This document shows positions 20,103 through 28,547 of a stretch of DNA of 64,000 bases, piece after piece; within the stretch, counting starts at the first letter, position 1; every line of letters starts with the position of its first letter. A model generated the notes under the pieces. The model saw only the letters and a list, made by a program, of their open reading frames with translations, was not told where the DNA came from and did no database searches. Source of the stretch: Chitinophagaceae bacterium (GTDB lineage Bacteria > Bacteroidota > Bacteroidia > Chitinophagales > Chitinophagaceae); assembly GCA_036005185.1 (NCBI GenBank), contig DASYQS010000051.1, positions 7,420 through 71,419 on the forward strand. The letters are read 5' to 3'. Position numbers and translations under genes: made by a program.

Positions 20103-23100
20103 TTATTTTGTTTTTAGTGGATTGGTTAATTGATATAAAAGAGGGAACTCATCATTTTGCAGAAAGAGCAAATATTTTTTATTGCGACTATTAATTTCTG
20201 CAATATCCCTTAACTGTCCTGTAAGTTTTAATCCGTTTTGAGCAGGTTCTGTCCATCGGAAATTTCCTTTACCATCATTAATCAACACATCACCACTACT
20301 GGCATCCAATCTTTCTAATTGTGGAATAAAATCAAATTGGTTACCTCCTGATACAAGGTCGGGATAACCGTCCTTATTTATATCTATACTATGAATGACA
20401 TTGATGGATGATAACTGAAGCATCGCAGGAAATTTTTGGACCGCAAATTGTCCCCCACCTTTATTGATCGCTACACAAGATGCTGAATAGTTGAATTGCT
20501 TTACTAAAGCTTTACCTAATGCATCGGAAGGTATCAGTTCCTGCAGTGACTTGACGGCATAATCTGAATGTTTCAAATTGTTTTTTTTCAAAAATGGCAT
20601 CGCTTCCTCAAGATCATGTTTTAAAAACACCGGCTTATCTTTTCCATCAACAGTATATGTAAGAATTTTATCGGTGATACCATTCTGATCAAAATCACCA
20701 ACCCATAATTTTACCGGATGATCGACCCCTGGTCGCAGGTAAAAATTATCTCCGATGTTTCCTAATAATAAATCCTGCTTGCCGTCACCATTGATATCGG
20801 CTGCTGTAACCGTTTGCCACCAGCCATATAAATTCTGAAGTTTTGTATTTTGCAGTTCTTCAAACTTGCCCATGCCTTTATTATAGCTAAATATTCTTGG
20901 CGTCATCCATTCTCCCACTATAATTAGTTCTTTTTGTGCATCTCCTGCCACATCTGCCCAAGTGGCTCCTGTAACCATTCCAATATTTGCAATGTCAGGG
21001 TTTTTATTTTTTGCGATATCTGTAAAGTGTCCGTTACCGTCATTCACAAATAAATAACTCGATGGATTTAATCCGTATTCATGGGGCACGCTTCTGCCGC
21101 CAATAAATAAATCAAGATCGCCATCGTTGTCGAAATCGCAAGCAGTTGCCACACTGATATTAGCATTGTTTATAGGAAAAGCCTCAGCATCCAATTTAAA
21201 ATTTCCCTTTCCATCATTTTTAAATAAGCGCAGTTGCAGCTGCCTGCTATTAGCAGGAACATTGTTTCCACCAGGGCAGATCAGAAGATCAAGATTGCCA
21301 TCGTGATCACAATCAAATAACAGAACAGCCACATCCTCAAAGTCTATAAATTGCTGAAAAATTTTTTCATCCTTTTTTAAAAAATTTCCATCTTTTGCTT
21401 GCAGGTATATTTGTGCCGGATGGCCATTAGTGCCGCCAATAATAACGTCTTCCAAACCATCACCATCAATGTTCCCCACCGCAGCTTTCGGTCCTTCGCG
21501 TGAAAGCATTCTTGGGATATTTCTCTCATAAAAAAAATCTACGTAATCATCTTCTGTGTGTTTTTCAAAATTATTTTTTATTTCAGTAAATATTTTATTA
21601 TAACCAATTATTTCCTTCAGCACTTCAGGATGATATTTTGTAGCTTCTTTCTCACTAATGATATAGTCTTTGTCAAGTTCAGGATGTAAATACTTTGAGT
21701 AAGAAAGATCTGGCCATTGAATAATCATTGAGTCAACCTGCTTTACGCTTCCCAACCCAATAATAATTTTGTAATCCATTGATGATTGAAAGCCGCGACT
21801 GGGAATTACTTCCCTGCTTATGATTTCACCTTTTTTGTAAATTGTAATTTTACTTCCGATAGCAAATCTGTTTTCATCACTGCCTTGTAGAGAAATGCCG
21901 ATATAATTATTATGATTTAATTCCCGGGAATTGTTTTTGTAAATAAATGCAGGCTGATTCACATTACTCACTACTATATCCAAGTCTCCGTCATTGTCCA
22001 AATCACCGTAAGCTGCACCGTTTGAAAAAGACGGTTGCGAAAAGCCCCAATTTAAACCTACATCTTTAAATGTGAGATCACCATTGTTCTGATATACCTT
22101 ATTTAGCACATGAATAGAAGGCATTTTATTAATAATCACATTTAAATCTTCCTTCTTTCCTGTTGCAATCATTTTTTCAATGATATCATTAGCAAAAAAA
22201 TCAAGAAAGTCCTGGTTGATAAGATCATGATAGATGCCATTACAAACGTAGAGATCCAGAAAACCATCATTATCTGCGTCAAACATTAAACCTCCCCAGC
22301 TCCAATCTGTTGCAGACACACTGGCATAATTTGCAATATCGGCAAACGTTCCATTTTTATTATTTAGCTGTAGCGTATTCTGAAAATATTGATGATAAAA
22401 ACCATTTTGCTGCTTGAGCCTGTAAACATTAATATCTTCAAATGACAATGTTGTTTTCATACGGTAATCATCCCCCGGCAACATATCCGTAGTAAAAATA
22501 TCTGGATATCCATCATTGTTAATATCACCAAAGTCGGCACCCATTGACGCAAGGCTGGTGTGCTGCATGCATTGCTCAAGCTCATCTTTAAACGTACCAT
22601 CCTTTTGATTGATGTATAAATAGTCTCTTTCAAAATAATCGTTCGATACATATACATCGGGATAGCCATCATCATTTACATCGCCTACTGTAACGCCCAA
22701 CCCAAAACTGATAAGGCTTCCATGTATGCCCGCTTGCTGCGTTACATCTGTAAAATGGCCATTATCATTTCGCAGTAAATGATCACCGCCACCCTTCCAC
22801 ATCGCAGCTACAGGCCATTTGGCATCAGGCAAATCTCTTTGGTTGGCGTAGTTTAAAGTATTAGGGGAAATAGGACTGTTATTGATGATGAAACAATCAA
22901 GATCACCGTCAAGATCATAATCAAAAAAAGAAACTTGTGTGGTATATCCTATATCATCCAGTCCGTATTTTGCCGCTGATTCCGTAAACGTAAGATCGTG
23001 GTTGTTGATGAACAATTGATTTTTGCGCAACGATGAGTCTTCCATGCTTCCCGCATTACATACAAAAATATCCAGCCATCCATCATTATTAATATCTACC

Positions 23101-23444
23101 ATAACTACGCCTGTGCTCCATTGCCTTTTATTTTTAAAACCAGCCTTTTCAGAAATATCTTCAAACTTCCAATTTCCTTTATTGAGGTAAAGTTTATTAC
23201 TGCCTTGATTAGCTGTAAAGAAAATATCCGACCATCCATCATTATTGATATCGCCAATAGCCACCCCGCCACCATTGTAAAAATTGCGATAGCTTAAAAT
23301 GTTCAGCTCTTTGTTGTCATGCACTGAATTAGTGAATTGAATTCCTGTATTATCCATCAACTTGAATAAAGTTTGCTCGGCTGCTTTAGGCTTGCAGGAG
23401 TAGAGTATAATAACAAGTGATATTAAAAATAAGATGCGATTCAC
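20103..23444 (-). CDS. FG-GAP/VCBS-repeat + ASPIC/UnbV lipoprotein, paralog B
   Basis: GTG start with no nearby ATG. Lipobox (IILYSC). 7 + 7 DxDxDG loops around GSKITIYKKGEIISREVIPSRGFQSSMDYKIIIGLG. Starts 22 nt downstream of paralog C. Confidence 0.8.
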   Translation of the reverse strand: MNRILFLISLVIILYSCKPKAAEQTLFKLMDNTGIQFTNSVHDNKELNILSYRNFYNGGGVAIGDINNDGWSDIFFTANQGSNKLYLNKGNWKFEDISEKAGFKNKRQWSTGVVMVDINNDGWLDIFVCNAGSMEDSSLRKNQLFINNHDLTFTESAAKYGLDDIGYTTQVSFFDYDLDGDLDCFIINNSPISPNTLNYANQRDLPDAKWPVAAMWKGGGDHLLRNDNGHFTDVTQQAGIHGSLISFGLGVTVGDVNDDGYPDVYVSNDYFERDYLYINQKDGTFKDELEQCMQHTSLASMGADFGDINNDGYPDIFTTDMLPGDDYRMKTTLSFEDINVYRLKQQNGFYHQYFQNTLQLNNKNGTFADIANYASVSATDWSWGGLMFDADNDGFLDLYVCNGIYHDLINQDFLDFFANDIIEKMIATGKKEDLNVIINKMPSIHVLNKVYQNNGDLTFKDVGLNWGFSQPSFSNGAAYGDLDNDGDLDIVVSNVNQPAFIYKNNSRELNHNNYIGISLQGSDENRFAIGSKITIYKKGEIISREVIPSRGFQSSMDYKIIIGLGSVKQVDSMIIQWPDLSYSKYLHPELDKDYIISEKEATKYHPEVLKEIIGYNKIFTEIKNNFEKHTEDDYVDFFYERNIPRMLSREGPKAAVGNIDGDGLEDVIIGGTNGHPAQIYLQAKDGNFLKKDEKIFQQFIDFEDVAVLLFDCDHDGNLDLLICPGGNNVPANSRQLQLRLFKNDGKGNFKLDAEAFPINNANISVATACDFDNDGDLDLFIGGRSVPHEYGLNPSSYLFVNDGNGHFTDIAKNKNPDIANIGMVTGATWADVAGDAQKELIIVGEWMTPRIFSYNKGMGKFEELQNTKLQNLYGWWQTVTAADINGDGKQDLLLGNIGDNFYLRPGVDHPVKLWVGDFDQNGITDKILTYTVDGKDKPVFLKHDLEEAMPFLKKNNLKHSDYAVKSLQELIPSDALGKALVKQFNYSASCVAINKGGGQFAVQKFPAMLQLSSINVIHSIDINKDGYPDLVSGGNQFDFIPQLERLDASSGDVLINDGKGNFRWTEPAQNGLKLTGQLRDIAEINSRNKKYLLFLQNDEFPLLYQLTNPLKTK

Positions 23445-23466
23445 TTCAAATTTTCCGGATTAAGAT

Positions 23467-26400
23467 TCATTTTTTGTAATCATTTACTTCGCACAATACA
23501 GGATATTCATTGTTCTGTAGAAATAATAAGTATTTTTTTGCCTTGCTTTTGATTTCAGCAATGTCTCGCATTTCGCCGCGTAATTTTAAACCTGTTTTCG
23601 AAACATCCTCCGATACAAATTCGCCATTGCCATTATTAATAAGCACATCGCCAAGGCTTGCATCCAGCCTTTCAAATTGTGGCAAAAAACCAAACTGATT
23701 ACCGCCCAGAATCAAGTCGGGGTAACCATCACTATTTAAATCCATTGACTGGACAACATTAATGCAGGATAGTTGTGCCATTGGTGGCAACTTCTTAATA
23801 AGGAATTTGCCATTGCCCTCATTGATAGCTATGCATGAGCTGGAATAGTTAAATTTTTTTATCACAGATTTAGCCAGAATATCATGAGAAAATAATTCCT
23901 GTATAGATTTTTTTGAATATGCCTCATTTTTTAAGTTGGCTTTTTTTATGGAAGGAAGTTGGTCCTCGATGTCACGCTTCAGAAACACGGGCATATCTTT
24001 TCCATCAACAGTATAAGTCATGATCTTTTCAATGCTGTTGTTTTGATCATAGTCATTTATCCACAGTTTGACAGGTCTTTTATTATCTGGCTGTAAGTAA
24101 AAATTTTCACCAATGTTGCCTAATATTAAATCAGTTTTCCCATCTTTATTTATGTCGGCAACGGATACTGTTTGCCACCAACCAAACATGTCACTTAAAT
24201 TAGTTTTTACTTCTTCAAAATGATCTTTATTGAATGAAAAAATCCTTGGTGTCATCCATTCACCGGCAATAATTAACTCCTTTTTAGAGTCACCTGTAAC
24301 ATCCGCCCAAACGGCGCTGCACACCATTCCAATTTTTGCTATGTCAGGGTTCTTTGTTTTAGCAATATCTGTAAAATGGCCATTCCCATCATTCATAAAA
24401 AGAAAGCTTTCGGGATCAACACCATATAATTCAGGAAAGCTTCTTGAACCAATAAACAAATCGGGATAACCATCTCCATTGAAATCATTTGCAATAGCGA
24501 CTGATACATTCATGCCGACATTTGGAAAAGCGTAACCATCCAACGAAAAATTTCCCTTGCCATCATTTTTGAATAGTCGAAGCTGCAATTCCCTGTTGTA
24601 AGGTTGTGCATTATTGCCGCCGGGGCAAACTAACAGATCAAAATCACCATCATGATCACAATCGAAAAATAAAAGAGCCACATCTTCAAAATCCGGAAAC
24701 TGTTGAAATGCTTTTTCCTCTTTTTTGACAAATTCCCCATCCTGAGTTTGAAGATATAATTGTCCGGGATGACCGGGTGTTCCTCCAATAAAAATATCGT
24801 CTAACCCATCTGCATTAACATCAGCCACCGCGGCTTTTGGGCCTTCCTTTGAAAGCGATCTTGGAATATTACGTTCGGCATAGAAATCAATTACATCATT
24901 CTCTTGGTGTTTCTCAAAATCACTTTTAACTGGTGTGAAATATGTTGGTTCAATTTTCTTTACCGAATCAACAATTGAATTTTTTTCATTTAGCTGCTGA
25001 ATAGTAGTTGTTTGGTTAATGGAAGGTTTCTTAAGTTTTGTGTACGATCTATCGGGCCACGTTACCGTTAGCGAATCAATGTCTGAAAGTTTTCCTAAAC
25101 CAATGATCGTTTTATAATCAACGGATGATTGAAAACCTCTACTTGGGATCACCTCCCTTGTCAACACCTGCCCACCTGCAAATAATTGTATCTTGCTTCC
25201 TATCGCAAACATATTTTTCCCCTTTCCTTTTAGCATTATACCTATATAGTTATTATGGTTTAACTCCCGGGCATTATTTTTATAAATGAATGCCGGTTGA
25301 TTTTCATTATTTATAATTAAATCCAAATCGCCATCGTTATCAAGATCACCATAAGCAGCTCCATTTGAAAATGTAGGTTGCGTAAATCCCCAAGCAGCTC
25401 CAATATCAGTAAATTTTAAATTTCCATTATTCCGGTAAGCCTTATTTGGAAGCGGTGTTCGGGGAATTTGCTTCAGCAATTCATCAATTTCTTTTTTCTT
25501 TCCGCTCAATACCATTTTGTGATAGGTTTCATCCGCAAAAAAATTCATGAAATCCAAATTAGTAACGTCTTTGTTTATGCCATTGCAAACATAAATATCA
25601 TTCCAGCCATCATTATCCATATCAAACATTAACGCACCCCAACTCCAATCAGTTGCGCTGACTCCACCGTAATTAGCAATATCGATGAACATTCCATTTT
25701 TATTATTTAACTGCAAACAGTTTTGAGTGTATTGATAATAAAATCCCGATTTTAGCTTTGCATTAAAGAGATCAATATTGTCAAAAGCTCCTGTTGTTTT
25801 TAATCTATAGTCATTTAGCGGAAGCATGTCTGTAGTAAACAAATCAAGATATCCATCATTATTAATATCGGAAATATCTGCGCCCATAGAAGAAAAACTT
25901 GTATGCTGCATCCAGTCTTCCAGTTCATCTTTGAAAGTTCCATCCTTTTGATTGATGTATAAATAATCTCTTTCGTAAGAATCGTTTGAGACAAAGACGT
26001 CAGGATAATCGTCACCATTTATATCACCAACGGAAACACCTAAGCCAAAACTGATAAGCGTTCCGTGAATGCCAGCTTGTTTTGTAACTTCTATAAACCT
26101 CCCATTATCGTTTCGGAATAAATGATCGCCGCCTCCTTTTAAAAAATCAGCAACAGGCCAATCTTTATCAGGCAAATCACGTCTATTTGAAAATTGCAAT
26201 TGGTTTACGGGTATTGGGCTATTATTAATCATAAAGCAATCGAGATCGCCATCCAAATCATAGTCGAAAAAAGAAACCTGTGTTGTGTAAGCGGAAATAT
26301 CTAAGCCATATTTAGCGGCTGATTCTGTGAAAGTGAGATCATGATTATTGATGTATAATTTATTCTTCCTGTTACCAGTGCTCATATGCCCGGAAGAACA

Positions 26401-26784
26401 AACGTAAATGTCAAGCCATCCATCGCCATTCACATCGGCAAAAACAACTCCTGTATTCCATTTATCATCTTCTATAATTCCAGCTCTTTTACTGATATCC
26501 TCAAATTGAAAATTGCTTTTGTTAAGGTATAGCTTGTTATAACCAGCGTTGGATGTTAAGAAAACATCTGCCAGTCCATCATTATTGATATCTCCGATAG
26601 CGACCCCGGCTCCATTGTAGAAATTTCTGAAAAGAAAACTATTCTCGATTCTTCCATCTTCAACATTATTTTGAAAATTAATTCCAGTATTTTCCATTAA
26701 CTGAAACAAAGGCGGGTTCTGTTTCGTGTTTTTACAGGAGAACATGAAAACTGTGAGCACAAGTAAAGCAATTACTGAACGCAT
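23467..26784 (-). CDS. FG-GAP/VCBS-repeat + ASPIC/UnbV lipoprotein, paralog C
   Basis: The track starts at TTG 26793; the ATG at 26784 gives MRSVIALLVLTVFMFSC (lipobox). Same 7 + ASPIC + 7 architecture. Long blocks identical to paralog B (NNHDLTFTESAAKYGLD, YTTQVSFFDYDLDGDLDCF, ERDYLYINQKDGTFKDELE). Confidence 0.8.
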   Translation of the reverse strand: MRSVIALLVLTVFMFSCKNTKQNPPLFQLMENTGINFQNNVEDGRIENSFLFRNFYNGAGVAIGDINNDGLADVFLTSNAGYNKLYLNKSNFQFEDISKRAGIIEDDKWNTGVVFADVNGDGWLDIYVCSSGHMSTGNRKNKLYINNHDLTFTESAAKYGLDISAYTTQVSFFDYDLDGDLDCFMINNSPIPVNQLQFSNRRDLPDKDWPVADFLKGGGDHLFRNDNGRFIEVTKQAGIHGTLISFGLGVSVGDINGDDYPDVFVSNDSYERDYLYINQKDGTFKDELEDWMQHTSFSSMGADISDINNDGYLDLFTTDMLPLNDYRLKTTGAFDNIDLFNAKLKSGFYYQYTQNCLQLNNKNGMFIDIANYGGVSATDWSWGALMFDMDNDGWNDIYVCNGINKDVTNLDFMNFFADETYHKMVLSGKKKEIDELLKQIPRTPLPNKAYRNNGNLKFTDIGAAWGFTQPTFSNGAAYGDLDNDGDLDLIINNENQPAFIYKNNARELNHNNYIGIMLKGKGKNMFAIGSKIQLFAGGQVLTREVIPSRGFQSSVDYKTIIGLGKLSDIDSLTVTWPDRSYTKLKKPSINQTTTIQQLNEKNSIVDSVKKIEPTYFTPVKSDFEKHQENDVIDFYAERNIPRSLSKEGPKAAVADVNADGLDDIFIGGTPGHPGQLYLQTQDGEFVKKEEKAFQQFPDFEDVALLFFDCDHDGDFDLLVCPGGNNAQPYNRELQLRLFKNDGKGNFSLDGYAFPNVGMNVSVAIANDFNGDGYPDLFIGSRSFPELYGVDPESFLFMNDGNGHFTDIAKTKNPDIAKIGMVCSAVWADVTGDSKKELIIAGEWMTPRIFSFNKDHFEEVKTNLSDMFGWWQTVSVADINKDGKTDLILGNIGENFYLQPDNKRPVKLWINDYDQNNSIEKIMTYTVDGKDMPVFLKRDIEDQLPSIKKANLKNEAYSKKSIQELFSHDILAKSVIKKFNYSSSCIAINEGNGKFLIKKLPPMAQLSCINVVQSMDLNSDGYPDLILGGNQFGFLPQFERLDASLGDVLINNGNGEFVSEDVSKTGLKLRGEMRDIAEIKSKAKKYLLFLQNNEYPVLCEVNDYKK

Positions 26785-26823
26785 CTTCGTCAATGTTAAA
26801 TACCGTAGGGTAGTTTCAAAAAA

Positions 26824-26849
26824 GAAAGGTCATTCTTAGATGACCTTTC
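26824..26849 (-). terminator. hairpin + T-run between SusD and the first FG-GAP gene
   Basis: Minus strand reads GAAAGGUCAUC-UAAGA-AUGACCUUUC followed by UUUUUUG (plus AAAGGTCAT 26825-26833 pairs with ATGACCTTT 26840-26848). Confidence 0.5.
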
Positions 26850-26877
26850 CACGAATTTATTATAAAATAGCTAACCG

Positions 26878-28530
26878 TTAGTAGCCGGTATTTTGTTTTA
26901 AATTAGGATTAGCAGCCAATGCTTGTGATGGGATAGGGAATACAAGATTTTTTGGATCGTCTGTTGGTTTATATGCCCATGGTTTAAGAAAAACACCAAA
27001 ACGTATCAAATCGGTTCTTCTCACATTTTCCCAGTACAACTCCCTTCCTCTTTCAGCTAGTAAAGTTTTCGGGTCATCAACATTTGAAGTATTTACCAGC
27101 GTCATGGTAGCTAGAGGTGCAGCGCCTCTTGCTGTTCTTAGCGTATTCACTAATGCTAAAGCGCCTGCATTGTCTGGGGTAGCTTTTCTCATCATTGCCT
27201 CGGCAACCATCAATACTACATCCGGATACCTGAAGACCATAAAATCATTACCTCCGGCCCCATCATAATTTTTACCCCCATCTGTATAATCAGGAACATA
27301 TTTGATTACACGAATACCAGTGATCTCAAGATTACTGCCTGTTTCGATCATATTTGATGAAATAGTTGGGTTAAACGCCAGATTATTTCCTTTTCTGTCC
27401 TTTAGAGCGGCACCAGTTTCATTATATTGCTGGCCGATTAAAAAACCAGGCCTCAAACCTGAAACATCAGTTGCGCCAGGATAATACCTGCCGCCAATTC
27501 TTTTATCCAATAAAGTATCGGCAGGTGTTTGAGTAGTGGCAGTGGTAGCTCCGAAAGCATTATAAAAGTCGGCTGTAGTGCTAAAGCCATTCCAACCAGC
27601 ATTCGGATTTTTAAGTGTGTACATGTTGTAATGCAAAGTCATGTACCACCGTGTCTTAACATCTACATTATTGGCAGCGACACCTGAATTATTTAGGTAG
27701 GCAAAAATTCCTTCCTTTGATTTAGATCCATTATCTACGCTGAAATTATCGAAATAGTTGGTGGTATAAGAATATCTACCCGAAGAGATAATGGCATTTC
27801 CCAATGTAATTACCTGCTGCATATCGGCATCTGCAAAAGTTGGGTTAGCACGGTTACTAAACGCTCCTTTATTGAGATAGCATCTCATCAACAAAGTTCT
27901 TGCAGCGTCTGGTGTCGCTTTATAATTTATATTTGAGCTGGCGGCAGGCAAATCCGGAAGAATTGCGTTCAATTCGCTTATTATAAAATCAACGGCTGCG
28001 CCCCCTGTTTTTACTTCTGGAGCATTTAAAAGATTATCACCGGGGTTTCTTATCGGGTATTGACCAAACAGATCCAACAGTTGATAAAGTGCTAAAGCCC
28101 TAAGGAACTTTGCCTCTGCAGCCTGCGCTGCCGTTGGCTTAAATGCAAGCACATTGGTAGCATCAAAATTTAATTTATTAAGGTTATTGAAGGTATTCAG
28201 AATATGAGAATGATCGGCATTCCATGTGTGGTTATGAATGGAACGCCATAGCCCATTATCATCCCAGTCACCACCCCTTGTTGGAACCAATGACTCATCA
28301 GAGCTATTGCCTGTAAGGCTAAGTACCTGACCTTGATCGTTGCAAAAAGGAGTTGCTATGTCAGCATAGGCAGCCTTTAACAACAGATCAGTTCCACCAG
28401 CTCCCAAAGCGTTGGCCGTTTGAGTGTTTGTTAAAGTACTATTCAATTTTTCGTCGAGCTTCGTACATCCCGCTGCCAATGCCACAAAAAACATCAGAGT
28501 GTATATCTTATATTTTTTATTACTTATCAT
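26878..28530 (-). CDS. SusD/RagB-family outer-membrane lipoprotein
   Basis: Lipobox (VALAAGC). C-terminal ERGRELYWENVRRTDLIRFG motif. Starts 17 nt downstream of the SusC partner. Confidence 0.85.
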   Translation of the reverse strand: MISNKKYKIYTLMFFVALAAGCTKLDEKLNSTLTNTQTANALGAGGTDLLLKAAYADIATPFCNDQGQVLSLTGNSSDESLVPTRGGDWDDNGLWRSIHNHTWNADHSHILNTFNNLNKLNFDATNVLAFKPTAAQAAEAKFLRALALYQLLDLFGQYPIRNPGDNLLNAPEVKTGGAAVDFIISELNAILPDLPAASSNINYKATPDAARTLLMRCYLNKGAFSNRANPTFADADMQQVITLGNAIISSGRYSYTTNYFDNFSVDNGSKSKEGIFAYLNNSGVAANNVDVKTRWYMTLHYNMYTLKNPNAGWNGFSTTADFYNAFGATTATTQTPADTLLDKRIGGRYYPGATDVSGLRPGFLIGQQYNETGAALKDRKGNNLAFNPTISSNMIETGSNLEITGIRVIKYVPDYTDGGKNYDGAGGNDFMVFRYPDVVLMVAEAMMRKATPDNAGALALVNTLRTARGAAPLATMTLVNTSNVDDPKTLLAERGRELYWENVRRTDLIRFGVFLKPWAYKPTDDPKNLVFPIPSQALAANPNLKQNTGY

Positions 28531-28547
28531 AAGTTTATTTTTTCGGA

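Noticed and set aside
22457-22675. Same-strand alternative-frame ORF inside FG-GAP paralog B that resembles one inside paralog C (25815-26018), which could suggest a conserved overlapping gene
   Set aside because: The resemblance is fully explained by the conserved underlying main-frame DNA, the ERDYLYINQKDGTF region of both paralogs. There is no independent evidence for translation.
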